Below are positions 23,363 to 37,079 of a stretch of 64,000 nucleotides of DNA, piece after piece (the stretch's first letter is position 1; every line of letters begins with the position of its first letter). Source of the stretch: Lingula anatina (Eukaryota > Animalia > Brachiopoda); NCBI GenBank assembly GCA_051362555.1, contig CM120645.1:22692001-22756000 (forward strand), read 5' to 3'. The translations under genes and the position numbers were made by a program. The notes under the pieces are model-generated. The model had not been told where the DNA came from, did not search any database, and was given only the letters and a program-made list of their open reading frames with translations.

Positions 23363-24962
23363 GACATACAGTGTACATGCACCTGTATATCGACCGTCGT
23401 AGGGATGGGTATGGCTAATTTTTTCCACAGATCAGTTAATCATCGGTTGAGGAATTCGTGGACCTGCTGTCTGCTTATAAACCTGCTATGGTTCATGTTG
23501 AGGTGCACTGTTATCTATACGGTGGGAGCGTGGTCTTATTCTGTGCCCTGGGGGATTCGGGTGTACCCGCCTAATTTTATTTCGGTTTACGGTTTTTGTC
23601 GGTCCTGTCTGTTGATGACGTAACCAATATACCTTTCCTCTTTTACAAACAACTTCATATTGTGGTAGCCACTTTGTGGGGTCTGCGCTGGGTTCAGATT
23701 AGTCATTTTCTCATGTAATTTTATTTCTATTCAACTGGCGGCTCGCGAGCCCTGTAAGGATCGATTTTGTATTCACAAACCAAGAAGTAAGCAACGAGAG
23801 TCGTGTATTTCGATACAGATTTATTCCCACTGCGTATGTTCCCCCCATAACTACACCACCACTTTTCTATTACCTATTTATTTTAATGAAAGATCTTTTC
23901 TATCTTCACGAGACAAGGGTCACGAGAGGCGAGCGACATCTCACGGGTAGTGGGTCATGCTTAGGGGTGCCATCGCGTCCCTTACAGTGGGTTCCTCTTG
24001 CAAAATTGCGGAGTAAGACCTGAAAAGTATAAAATATATGGGTTATGTGATAGCATGTGCATGTGTTATTAGCATGAATACGGGGGTGGGGTGGGGGAGG
24101 TATATGTGAATTGTCGTTTCCAGATGAAAAGTGCTCGTCAGTTTTGCTTCCCCTTTACCGTATATATAAGATGCGTGACCCTTTTGCAGTTATATCCAAA
24201 AGACACTCATTTTAAAGATTATAATGCCTTTAGTAAAAAAAATATAGGCCTACTGTAATACATTCTTCCAGGGCAAAAGAATGATTTTTACCGGATATTC
24301 ACTCTGGTTAACTGATGGCAATCTTCTGGACTGTTTAAGAAAAGTGCACATAATAAAGCTGCGGCCCTGATAGAGGATAATAGTGTTATCTGACCGAGCG
24401 ACATGATTGCAGTATTTGTTTTTCTGCGGACGTCTTCTCAGTTGTGGTGTTTGCTACCAGTAGAACAAATATTATTGGTATGACAGACAAACGTTACTGC
24501 TTTATATTCAAAGACACAGTACTTCTAATTCTACTATTTACTTCTATTACTACTACTACAGTACTTCCACCGCTGGTGTTTGTTGTTGCTAGAATACTAC
24601 ACACTACACGTATTTCAACTACCTCTACTAGTGGGTGCGCCAGTAACGTTTCTGCGCACCAGTAGCAACTGTCGATTATTACTGCTACCACTATTCATAT
24701 TGGGATTAGTACTACGTGTATATGTCACATCACATCAAATCAATACAACTAGTACAGCTGCTACTGTTAAAACCACCATTTCTACAGGTAAAGGGCATAT
24801 TTGCCATAAAAGAGATGGGTTAGAAGCACGAGATGAAATGTTTTAAAAAGTAAGCCACTAACGGTGCATCTCTACCGCAGGTTGTGCTATCACAAACACC
24901 ATGTGACTACATGAAATTACCGATTATGTTCTTGGCGCGTTGCCAATTCCTAGTACTGTTTT

Positions 24963-26481
24963 TTATGAGCCGAGACCGTATCTTCCAACTGAAAATGAAG
25001 GAGAAATAAAATATAATGCACACAAAAGCATAATCGTTAATGAAAATGATGACGATGATATTTGAAACAATTTTTAAAAAGAGGAGAAATTAAATCAATA
25101 TTTTCAAAAAAGACAGAACGTATAAAAGACAATAAAAATAAATAAAAAGAGTGGTCTGAAAGATTTCAAGAGAAATGATAAAAAGAAATTTAATTTATAT
25201 GTAATCGCCATGCGAGGAAACTCCATATTTTATCACCGCCCCCCCCCCCCCCTCCCCCAAAAAAGAAAAATTAACGCATAAAATCAGCCAACATGCTTTT
25301 CAAAAAGCGTCAGAAACCTTGGGGGTTCCATAACAACAATGTTTCAAATAAAAACCTATTATTTCTGGGAGCCATTCTTCGTGGTTGAGTATTGTCCATG
25401 ACTTCATATGATCACGACACTGTTCTAGACAAATTTTTTTTTTAATTAATAAACAGAATTATTACTCACATTTCGTAGGCTCTGGTCGCTTTATCAAACA
25501 GTACTGGAACCCTTCCATTGCTCTCTGGTAGAAAGACTTTAAGAACCTGCCGAGGTGTTGGGCAAGTATGTCGTCAAAGCGTTGATCCTTTGGTATTAGG
25601 GAGACCGTGCCGTCGACCTCAAATCGGAAGCGCACCTGTCCGTGACCTGCCGACTCGCGATTCCAAGCGTCGTCATTGCGTATGGACTTCAGGTAACCGT
25701 TTATGGACCGTAAAGCGCCTTGATCTGTGGATTAAAGTAAAATAAAAATGTTCATTAAAAAAAACTCTAAAAATTATGATTACATAAGGAAAAGACTGGA
25801 TCAGCTCATACCAAGCACTTAAATGTCATTCACCACCGGTTTGGACACGGACTGGGCGACTTGCTGTCTCATATAACGTAATCAGGTTTCTGATTTTTAT
25901 CAGACTGTTAACTTCAATGTTAATTAACTGTGGATGTCTGTTAATACGCATTACCCTAAACAACTTCAAGGTACACAAAGGAGAGTTATGGCACCAAAAT
26001 TTATATTTAACGAATTATCCCGGGGTGCAATACATTTTCTCCTAATTTACCAACCTTTAACGTTTCTTCCTTGACATTCACCATAACTCTGTAACAATTT
26101 TGATAAAAACCAAAAAGTTAAGCCCGCGCATGAGCGGATGTTTTCCAAACACGCCATTCATTTCTATCGACGCGACTTTCAGGTATCGAGAAACTCTCGC
26201 GCCGTGACTTGCGCTTTTTTCGATCTGTGTCAAGATGGTTGACTACCGATGTTGAAAAGGGGACGGTGAATATGGTTATTTTTGCTAAATTGAAAGCCCA
26301 TTTATCTGTCATGTTATTTTTAAATTATTATTTTTCAAAAAATACTTCAATTGACCTTAGCTAAGTTCAATAAGAATCGCCCGACGAACGCGTTTTAAAT
26401 CTTACTTTGTGTGGCTTTAAGCTCTAACATTTGCTATGCACGTTTTACTTTTTTACACCCACCCATGTCTGAAATGTATAT

Positions 26482-26522
<41 letters not shown>

Positions 26523-26918
26523 ATGGAGAGAGAGAGAGAGAGAGAGAGACTTACCACTCTGTTGCGGCATACTCCAAGTGGGTCCTGTGTCCATTCTTCT
26601 AGCTCCTGCTGAGGCAAAGTACGATAGCGCCAGGTCATACAGGGACCAGAACGACATCCTGTCCCAAAAAAAAAACAATATATTTCATTTCGATTATCCA
26701 AAACTAAATATATAAATTAAAAATGTCAAGGTGAAAACAATTTTCAAAGTTATTGATTAAGTGGATAACTGTTAGACACAGAACAAAAATAAAAAAAAGC
26801 TCTGTCTTACTTACATGTCCAGTAATTGCCATGCATCAGATGTTTTATTATCATTCATAGTATAAAAAACTCGTTATACTCACTCTGTCTTCTTACGGAG
26901 AAGGGATAAAACTGCCAT
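24963..26918 (-). pseudogene. Duplicate of the 191-aa gene with two intron-removing deletions and a premature stop (exons 26918-26884, 26658-26555, 25724-25470, 24988-24963); may still be translated
   Basis: Frame stays open (~139 aa) across both fused exons; TAC to TAA in the last exon removes the final 14 residues. Confidence 0.65.
26486..26549. repeat. (GA)n microsatellite
   Basis: Direct observation. Confidence 0.95.
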
Positions 26919-29009
26919 CTCAGATATTAGATGTGATCCACAATTTCCCTTGTTTCTTCAACGGAAGATAAATATCGGTAAGTGGAACTTTTTATCACAG
27001 ACGCGTTTTGAACTTAGCGGCCCCTTTTTTCTTAAGACAGAACAACTGCGACTGAAGTTACTGGCAGGCAGCGTTCTTAGACCGGGTGTCAGGCTTCGTT
27101 CAACGTGCAAATTGAGAGAGGCGAGGCACCTAAATACTTTTTCAACACTCTCACTAAAATGCGCTCATTTTTTTTTTAATCGTGCGATTCTCTACTGTTA
27201 CTTCTACAAATCTAAGACCGGACTACCAAAGAGAGTGCCGAGCCGTTCAGCGTTCAGCTGGTCTCCGACTATACGAACGGTACCTAACGAACCCCTGGCT
27301 TACCATCGCACAACAGAGGTTCAAAAGTTCGACTGTTTAAACTGGATCAATCCCACGATGGCAACCACATGGTGATATTGATGGTCGATTGTCATCAATG
27401 AATTGAAACTTCACTTCGTAAATCAATAATAATCATGGAATAATTGTTGGGATAAATGAGCAATCAGTGCATGAAATAACGGGGTTGATGTGATGAGATT
27501 TAATTCAGAGTTAATTGTGCCTGGTTTAAGCTTGAGTACATCGACCTGAGTTATATCATCAGCGTGCCTTGGGAGGGCCTTGCTTTAAGGTCCGTGTTTA
27601 TTAATATTTTAGCATATGGTATACTTCTTTTTGCGTTTAGCCACACTAAGCTAATTGATATCATTATAGTCCAACAAATGTGCTAGAGTCTTAATGCACT
27701 TGATCTCGATGATTCAATATATTTGGAAAAATGTTGCAAGTGAAAAAGACACCTGTGTTTTAATGTGCAGTTGCATGCCCTCGTACGCGTGCCTTTTTAC
27801 CGACGTATTACTGAAGCCGGTAAGAAGCCGTTTGTTAAAACACCTCTTTAACGACACAAACTACATATAAAAGCAAGTCACCAAGGCAGTGTCTTTCCGA
27901 TTGGATTCTTTTAGATAAGAACCCAGGAAATGAATGCAACAGGTGAACCGAGCGACTGTCACGTGACCGGAACGTCTCCTGCGTCACGTGACAACGTTGA
28001 CATACACACCTGTATGACCTTCACCTTACGGCTCACTTCATGGATGAGTTGTACTCGTCCCCTCCACGTAGTAGAGCTTTGTGTTGGCATCCACAGCAAA
28101 ATGTGAGAGTCCTAACGATGCTCACAATGTGATTAATCTGCATTCATTTCATTTAACAAGATATAATTCAACCAGAGATAAAAATCAGTGGGGAAAACGT
28201 TGATTCGACCTGCTGAACTCTCAGGTGAGTTGCACTAGTAAATTGGGTCATTATAAAACTATCCTAGGCATGTTGAATGCGCATACATATTCTGTTCATT
28301 ATTGCTTGTTTGCATTAGAATTATGCGTATCTCTGTGTAGTCCTTATAATTACTGGTAGCCTACTGTAAAAGTGCTACATGTAGGCTACATGTGGTATAT
28401 AGCCTAGTAACCTGCAGCTGTACAGTGGGCAAGTATAATAAATATAATGCCAAAATAGAATTGCCTCCCACTACATGTGCAGTACCTGTACGTTTGAATT
28501 GACAGGTTCGTAATTATTTTATAAGTGTTATCAGTACGTGTAAATCCACAGCTTATGAGATCTGCATTAATGTCATCATGTAGGCCCTACTGTACTAAGA
28601 GACGGGAATGTAGGCCTATGTAAATACTAGTAGCCGAGCGGCGTGTTTTAAAAGACTATATACGGTACATCTACTAGTTACTATAGCATAGGCTATTTGT
28701 AAATGTGCATTCACCTTACACGACATTTGATTTAAAGCCATATATCAAGGACATTGTGCAGCGGATAATGGGTGTTTTCCACGCGGATTTGGAGTCGCCT
28801 ATGACTTTGAATGGGGGGTGCTTTGTCAGAATGAATTGCAAAAAATGACATCGTCTTTTTGTGACGGATGGTGTCATATATATGTGCATGTAGATATCTA
28901 ATGGAAGGTCTCGTACATAAGCACAAGACAAATGACCAGTTTAACTTCGCCATCAGTTTCAACTATACTCACTGCGTGCGGTCTAGAATTAGAGCACGAA
29001 GTGATTAAA

Positions 29010-29180
29010 CAGGGCCGTAGCCAGCAATTTCAAAAGATTTTTTTTCTTTTTTTCTGAAAAAGTGGACCTTTAACCATGAAACCTCCTTAATTGTACTTAG
29101 ATAATTTTTTCCCAGAGGGCGCTTTTTCTTTTCAGAATGGGATGTTCTTTCCACCCCCCCTCTCCCTGGTTGCGGGGCTG
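29010..29180. mobile_element. Diverged copy of the 605-773 MITE family
   Basis: cagggccgtagccagcaatttcaaaag...ttctgaaaaagtggacctt matches the reverse complement of 715-773; degenerate end ctggttgcggggctg. Confidence 0.7.
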
Positions 29181-29341
29181 CTGACAAAAGGTTATGTCAG
29201 CTGTCATACTTCTCTTACATGTATTAGTACCCCTGAAAGAGTGATAATATATTTTTGAAGCTTGGCGAAAGTTTAAAAGACCTGTGTGGCAGGGATGCAC
29301 CGGACAGGTACATCTATAAATTGGTAGTTATTTAGACCAAA

Positions 29342-29655
29342 CAGGCCTACCCAACTACCAGACTCAGCACCGAATAATCCCGAATTCACCGGTAGGACCA
29401 CACTACCCGTTTTTAAAGTGGGTATCAGTACGCGCTTCGAAGTATCAGACGCGACACCGCTCTTGCCTAGTACGCGATGTGATAGTGATGATTCTCAGCG
29501 GGGTTGGAAAATAGTGCATCTCATTTCAAAATTTGTTCCGGGGTATGATACTCTGAAATGCGTACTGACGCACACCTTGAAAACGGGTAGTGTGGTTCGA
29601 TCTACCGGTGAATTCGGGATCATTCGGTGCCGAGTCTGGTAGTTGGGTAGGCCTG
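29342..29655. mobile_element. Foldback MITE with ~105-bp TIRs and 5-bp TSD (hAT5-like)
   Basis: caggcctacccaactaccagactc ... gagtctggtagttgggtaggcctg; CCAAA at 29337-29341 and 29656-29660. Confidence 0.85.
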
Positions 29656-30601
29656 CCAAAGCATACATTTTCAGTGACGTATTTTTGCTTTATCAGATAG
29701 CGGATATTTCTTCTTTTCCTATATTTCTATAGTACAGGCGCCTGAAAAGCATACTAGTAAGTTTGATGAAGCAAATAATGGCAGTAAATAAGAGACACAT
29801 GTATGAGCAAGATGTACATTGCGGCAGAGCACATTTAGATGTAACTGACATTTCCATTCTGTGACTTAATCATCGCCCTCATAGCTCCGCTTGTAAAATA
29901 AATGCATGTTACTTATAACCTTTCACTTTCAATAATTGGAAAAAGATGAGATCGATGCAGTACTTAAAGGGCAAATGTAAATATCAGTGTTGAACACTAA
30001 ACACGAGTGAAAATACTATTTAAAAATTTCCCTTGAGCACGATCAAAACAAAAAAGGACGTTCATAGCTGTCGTTGGGTATTTCCGTCATTGCTTGTTCA
30101 TTGCAATTATCCTGACGGACTTTACTTAAAGAACTAAGCGTATCGAGCAGTCATTTTGCATTTTGGTCACGCTAGACCTCAGATGACCGCCTGTTATCCC
30201 AATATTCGTCAAAATATCAGCACATCGTGACGGAGGTGAACGCCGTTAAAACATTAAAACTAGTTGTTTGCGTACATACACATCACATAATTCGCTGTAC
30301 GTATCAGAGGAAACGGAAGAGTGCGAGTAATTTTGAGGTTTTGATGAATTTCTGAAACGGAAGCATCTGATCCGTAAATTGGACAGCAAGTAGCTCCACA
30401 GTTACGTCATTTGGAAGCTTAGCAGGTGTGAAAGTGGTCACATAATCATGAGCATGCAATATTTTATATCGTAAAACGGTTTATTGCAGAGCTCTCTATA
30501 AGGCGAGAGATGTGGGACTCGATCCTTACTTATGCTTGAGAATAGAGAGTTTCTTTCCTATAAACATTGCACGGCAAACTGTGTAACCTTTCTTTTACAG
30601 T

Positions 30602-31396
30602 ATGTTGAGTCCAGAGAGCGAAGACTTGGAGCTGGTCTATCACGAGGAGGAGCCTGACGTCAGCGACCTGTCATACCATGGCCACGCCCTTGACACGTCC
30701 ACTGACGTCAATTCCGTAAGCCCAACACTGCAAGAAGTACGAAACCATGAAACACACACAGATGTTGATTCGAATGGTGCAATATTACAGACCACAGATA
30801 CAACGATCCAACCACTGCAACATTCCTCTCCAGTAAAGCCACGCAGCTCAGAGAGCGGGGAAAAGGCGCGAGAGACGTCGGGAGAGGATGTACAGACGCG
30901 CCCAGACGGCCGGAAAGTGATACCTGCTTCCCCGGAGCTCTCTGTCGTGGCAGTTAGTTTCTCCTCGGAGGGAGAAGAACAAGTTACAATGAGTAATGAA
31001 GTCGTGCAAACTCAAACCGACGGCCGAAAGGTGATTCGGACAACTCCCGGACTCACGGACGACTTGAGATTGGAATTACAAGAGAGGCCCCTCAAACAAA
31101 GAGATATGAAATTCCTGCGAATGTTTGCAATAGTGTCTATATTTCTCTTTGCTCCGACAGGAATTGCCGCTTTTATTTACGCCAGGAAGACAAAACAGGA
31201 ATTTGACGCAGGGATAGAGAGGGGAAACTTGGACTTGGCTAGAAAACTTTGTAAACGCACAGAGCGTTTGATAATGTTATCCATAGTGCTGTCTCTGTTC
31301 ACGGCCGTGTTAGCGTTCTCTCTGGCAGAGAATGCTGTCACGAGGGAAACGGGCAGTTTCCAGGATAGATATCTTTCTTATTCACGGCTTCCATAG
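30602..31396 (+). CDS. CD225/dispanin-family membrane protein (PRRT/TUSC5/IFITM-like), paralog 1
   Basis: Acidic disordered N-terminus, then FAIVSIFLFAPTGIAAFIYARK..G.LDLAR and a second hydrophobic helix; splice acceptor immediately before the ATG. Confidence 0.8.
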   Translation: MLSPESEDLELVYHEEEPDVSDLSYHGHALDTSTDVNSVSPTLQEVRNHETHTDVDSNGAILQTTDTTIQPLQHSSPVKPRSSESGEKARETSGEDVQTRPDGRKVIPASPELSVVAVSFSSEGEEQVTMSNEVVQTQTDGRKVIRTTPGLTDDLRLELQERPLKQRDMKFLRMFAIVSIFLFAPTGIAAFIYARKTKQEFDAGIERGNLDLARKLCKRTERLIMLSIVLSLFTAVLAFSLAENAVTRETGSFQDRYLSYSRLP

Positions 31397-32597
31397 GCGT
31401 GTTTGTTCAATGTAAATGTCACACGTAGTCGACACCAGGACGAGAAATTGCCAAAATTCATGGCCAGAGAGGTTTTATCAAAACATCCATGTCAGCCGAC
31501 CGTGGGCGTATTTTACAACAAACCACGAGCTTCGAACTTTTATTTCACCCGTGCTTCCTACTCGTCATAACTTGCCAACCAAGACGGTATCATAGAGGGC
31601 AAATTAACGAAATATCGGAAATAAAACAGGAATTGAAGTGACCCAGTTACGCTTTACGTACTGGAATTCTTGTCACAGGCGTGTATTAAACAAAAGGCGC
31701 ATAAAGCAATATTTTAAAGATGTGTATTTTTATCAGATTTTGTGATAACAATTTTTGTATTTATTAATGTTTAAGCATAAGGTGTAGGTTTTACTTTTCA
31801 TGTCATACGTAAATCTCTGCAATACTCTTCATATAGATAGGAGGGCATTCTCGCGCGAAATGTGATACAAATTAAGGAACGAATCTCACCCTGAAGTAAT
31901 TACTTAACCCAAATGTTGTTTTCCCATCTACCCAATATGCGGCATTACAACAGTTTTGTTAAAAAGTCACTAGCAAGACACATTTTTAATCTTTTTATTT
32001 CATATCACGAGAATAGATATACGTTACTATTATTTTGTAGCATAATAGATGAGCATATGTGTAAATGACACGAATCTCTGATTTCATATTGTATTCATGT
32101 TAAATAGAATACATAGAGCTTTAAGAAGACTCCGGGGACAGGCAAGATAATCTTTATCTTTATTTTTCTTCAGGTACTTTTATTCTGAACAAGTTATATT
32201 TTGTCTTATACTATTTATATATCGGTAAAATGATGCAACACTGAATGTGTCCTTTTAATATTTTATATTTCTTATATAGACGTAATATAGTATGGTTTTA
32301 TCAGTATTTTAGTATCCATGTATGCGTACTGACATCGGTAATCAAGAATTAAATAATGTGCGCTTTTTTCACTAATAAGACACAAGAAAGGCACAATCAT
32401 TATTTTAATATCTTAGGGACGAAGGTGATTTAACATTGTTATAGATATTAACATTTATGTTGACAGCAGTATAAAGAAGGTCATTAAACTTCATGATTTA
32501 ATATTTAAAATAATATGTTGTTGTAATAAAGCACATTTTGTTAAATCTTGCAGTGGGTCATCCGTTAAAAAATATTATATTCTCATCATACTTAATG

Positions 32598-32633
<36 letters not shown>

Positions 32634-34580
32634 CGTGATTTTCATATGAAAACAAGACATTCTCAGATGTGACAATAGATCACTGACGACAAGACATCTG
32701 CCAGTACAAAAATATCTGACCCAACTTGTTGGGTTATAGGCCCTACCAAGAAAAATAAAAGCAAAATACTTAGAAGTTTATAATTATTGATAATAACTAG
32801 ATAGATCGGGTTTTTCAATGCCTCTTGTCAATTGTATCCTGTTTACTATTTGATAATTATTCCATTTGTCTGTGGGCACCTGAAATATACAATTCGCTTT
32901 TTCCCACTGCGGTCACCAAGTATGGCGATAAAAGCAGTTCTGAAAATTAAACCTACCGTGTTTAAAATATCCCCAAGTCATACATGTATTTCTTTTGTCT
33001 ACATATCCTGCCTAGCTAGTTACGTCGATATTTCCTTTTGAAATGCAAAGGACTGCCTAGTCTTTTAAATTAATTTTTTAATTTTAAATGGAATAAAGCA
33101 TCGAATTTAAATACAAGAACTGGACGAGCAATTATTCATCAGTTGGAGAAAAAGTTCTCTTTTTTCGAAGAAAATACGATCGGGACACCTGTCATTATAC
33201 CTAATAACTCCCTTTCATGTTGCTCCCTTATATGTTGCTACTTCAAAGTATTGCTATTAGGGCTCCATCACGTTTGAAATTGATTTCGTGCTGTTGATAT
33301 GGAGGTTGGAGGAACCATGGCATTAAAATGCTCGTGCTCATTAGTCACTAGTTAATTATACATTTAAGTTAGAAAATCAAACAAATTGTGCTAATCAAGT
33401 CGTATTACTGATTAACGTCGCGGTTGTTATTCGAAATGTTACAACGAAATCAATTAGACTCGTTACTCCCAGATTCCCTGTCGATACCTGCACCACATGG
33501 TCTTCCGTCGATATTCAGTTGGCTTGATAATCGCGAAGGAAATAGCAATTTGGACTTTATGATGGAAATTGACCACCACATATGCATGATTATGATGTGA
33601 TTTTGCACAGAAAATGTCACATTTTCTCTATTTCCTTTGTTGGAAACCCTGTTCGCCTGATGAGATTGCTATTCTTAGTACTTAATAAGTTGATGATGAC
33701 GGTAGAATGAACCGTGCCTGGCAGCACGTAATATCTACAGGTTTCCCTAACTGCACTTGCTCGTGGTCATGCACTGCACGTGCGAGCGGTAAATTCTCCT
33801 TTTCATAATATTCGTTTTAATCAAGTCACAAAAATTCCCCAAAACTTCATACTGTTTTTTTCATTCAAATAATGTTTTCAAATATATGGACGTCTGTCTG
33901 GTTGTCCTCCACTTTCGTGTCTGAGCTGTGCCTTGATTATATAGAATGTCATTGACTGTAGAGTATTTTTGGAATAGAGTGATTACAGAAAGCTCATTAG
34001 TAAGCCACATATTACAGCAGAAGTTGATATGCATAAGACTGATACAAGGACAAACGGGAAAGCTGAGATATTGGCCTCTGAATACTAGCAGGTATTTTGG
34101 ATAAGAAAATTCGTTTCGTTTGGGTGTGTTTTACCGGTAGATAACGTGTTGATGGAGCTCGCTACCTTCCAGATTCCATTTGGCAGCCGTCAACACAGTC
34201 GTGGTTATCGACCTTCCTTGTGGAACATGTAAACTCACATTAGATAGACACTAGATAACAGAAATAACGTAAGGTTGGTCAATGCTATATATTACAGGAT
34301 CTGTCATAGACATCAAATACATGTTCGTAACTGATCGGTTTCTTATATTGAATAAGTAGGTAGGTAGATGACTCAAATGTCAGTCCATATCTGCATTGGA
34401 TATACCTTTCATAAAATATGCATGTAATTTACGTAACAGTAATTATCTTCTTCCCATTTTAGCTCGGATGCGTTCCCGAATGGTGATTTTGTAAAGGCAC
34501 AGTGCCAGAAGTGCATCTTACGTCATGTCACATATAAAGCGGCAATTAGCAATTAACCTCCTTATTTTTATATTTTCAGT

Positions 34581-35264
34581 ATGCTGGAACCGGAAAGCGA
34601 TGACCTTGAACTGGTCTACCATGCAGAGGAACCTGCCGTCACCGATGAAGTTGTGGGCGGGGCGATCAGCAATGGCCACGCCCACGACACGGCCACAGAT
34701 GTCAGTCAAGTGAATCCAACCTTGCAAATCGAAAGTCAGACGTCAACTTCGACAAATGGGACAGTAAGATTTTCGGACCCTAACAATACGCCGGTATCGT
34801 CGTCAGCGGTGGCGGTATGTTCTCTAGAGGGCGGAGAAGAGGAGGTCACAATGACAAGAGACATGGTAGAGACGCGCCCAGATGGCCGTAAAGTGATACA
34901 CACGACTCCAGAACTTAGAGAGGACCTTTCCCAAGATCTTCAAGACAGACCTCTCAAAGAAAAAGATCTGAAGTTTTTAAAGATGTTCTCAATAATAAGT
35001 ATCTTTCTCTTTTTCCCACTGGGTATACCAGCCTTGTGTTATTCGAGGAAAACAGCAAAGGCGTTTCACGATGGCATATTAAACGGTGACTTGGACAAAG
35101 CTCGAAGGTTTGCCAAGCGAACAGAGAGGTTTATCGTGTTGTCTATTGTTATGTCTCTGATCACAGCAATTTTTGTGTTTGCTTTAGCGGAATATGAGAC
35201 GGTTGGAGTACCAGCCACAGGGACAGCGTCAAGAACACAAAACTTGATGGTGCGGCATCCGTAG
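34581..35264 (+). CDS. CD225/dispanin-family membrane protein, paralog 2
   Basis: Same architecture (FSIISIFLFFPLGIPALCYSRK..GDLDKARR); same N-terminus ML.PES.DLELVYH and same acceptor-T-ATG arrangement as paralog 1. Confidence 0.8.
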   Translation: MLEPESDDLELVYHAEEPAVTDEVVGGAISNGHAHDTATDVSQVNPTLQIESQTSTSTNGTVRFSDPNNTPVSSSAVAVCSLEGGEEEVTMTRDMVETRPDGRKVIHTTPELREDLSQDLQDRPLKEKDLKFLKMFSIISIFLFFPLGIPALCYSRKTAKAFHDGILNGDLDKARRFAKRTERFIVLSIVMSLITAIFVFALAEYETVGVPATGTASRTQNLMVRHP

Positions 35265-37079
35265 TCGCCACGATCCGATGTCACGTGACAGAGAGTCCGC
35301 TTCCTATTCACTTGTACAGGTGAGCCTGATCGCCCTAGATTTTAACCCAGTTAGGTCAGGCTAACCCTAACCATTATAACTAAATGGATGGCAGACTTTC
35401 TGTTACACGGACCCACAGTTTCGTTACACCGGCAGTGGACGGCTAGAAAGTCCTCATATATACATCTATATATAACGGTATCACATTAAGTTATATTGTA
35501 CTGTTATCATGAGTATTGTTAAAATCATTTTTATGTGCAAAATGCCTAGTTTTACCATATCATATTTATGAATTAGAAGTATTTTACTGTATGTTTTTAT
35601 CCGTGCAGCGCAACATACAGGGTATATGTACGAACATATATTGTGCTTCATCTCATTAACAAGATGCTTTGACTTAATGAGGATTGAAATTACGTCATCA
35701 ACATGCAGCTTATCATCCGTGTGGCGTTTAACCTCGTTATTTATACGTTAGTCTGAGTAAAGGTATCAAATTCTTGGGGCGCTTGTATAATGGCTACTTA
35801 GCTTTAATTCATATAGACGGGCAACATATGTCAATAAAATGAACGGTTACTGTTTAACGAATTACTTTAATTTATCTTTATTATTTAACATATATAATAT
35901 TTTTGTTACATTTTATTTTCCTCTCTTATGTATCTTCTCGAGAGATGCAAGAACGAGTAAAAAAGAATAGGTTTACTAACGTTTTAAATGATGTATTAAT
36001 TTGATCTTTCTGTGCTACGTTTATGTTTATAAGATGTATGTTTACACAAATGCACGTGGTTTTATATTAAAGGATAGATATAATGATGTAAAGTACATCG
36101 TGTCACTTTAGGTCAGTGTACAATTGTTGATATTATTCATAGTTTATTTTCTTATTGCATATTTTAAAGCAATTATTTCTATTAACAAAGCCTTGTAACA
36201 AGGATTTGTATATGTATTAGGTGTTGGGCGTACTATACGGAGATGAGAATACCTAGTATTTTCAACAGTGCAGATAGTTTATACCAGAAAAACCAAAGAT
36301 GCAGGAATAGATTTATCATACTACGGAGTACATGCATAATCCATTTTTACAAGCATTTGACATTCTCATTATTGCGGCAAAAATGCGGAAAAGTGGAGAT
36401 TTAAAGATGTAAAGAAATCATCCGGAGTTGAATTTTGGTGACTATTTAAAGACGTCCTCTTTGATGATAATCCACAGGTATCCTGGAGGGTAATTGCTTG
36501 TATAAAAGGCGTTGGCTCCCTGAGAGTTACGAGTTTTGGTCTGTTTTAACTTTCTCTGTTAATGGCATTCATTTAAAGAAAGAAATCGGTATTATTTTAA
36601 TCAAGCAACATTTATATCCACTCGCTATGTACATGTTCATGCATTATGTGTAACCTTTGTTTAGAGAGGGGTAGGTGGCGACATCTGTGGTTTATGTAAA
36701 GAAATTGGTGGGAAATGTTTAGCACTGTGATATCTTATATTAATAAAGCACCTGAGAGAATGGTTGTGAAAAGGGGTTCGTTTTCCTTCTAAAATTCTTC
36801 AAAGATATGGAAGGATCTGAGGCAATGACCTCAGCAGAGACTGTAGACGACTTATAATCGGGTTTCCCCTAAAAATAATGTTACAATGAAACGGAATGTC
36901 TCCAGTAAAAGCCCCTTCATAGCACGTATTTTGATACGTATTTAAAGAATACTTTAAGCTTGTCATACTGGCTAATTTGTTCTATTATCGAAACAATATA
37001 ATCACATATTTCAATAAGCAAAAAGCAATGTTCTAAGCTTTGAAAAAAGGTTTTATCCAAAAGCCTGTTGAGTTGAAAC

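Larger units (their letters stand above)
17839..28013. repeat. Diverged tandem segmental duplication (about 17839-23380 and 23987-28013)
   Basis: Collinear blocks of similarity through 3' region, exons, introns, long 5' UTR exon and upstream motif cluster. Confidence 0.85.

Noticed and set aside
33640-33680. Hammerhead core (GAAA ... CTGATGAG)
   Set aside because: Stems I and II cannot form
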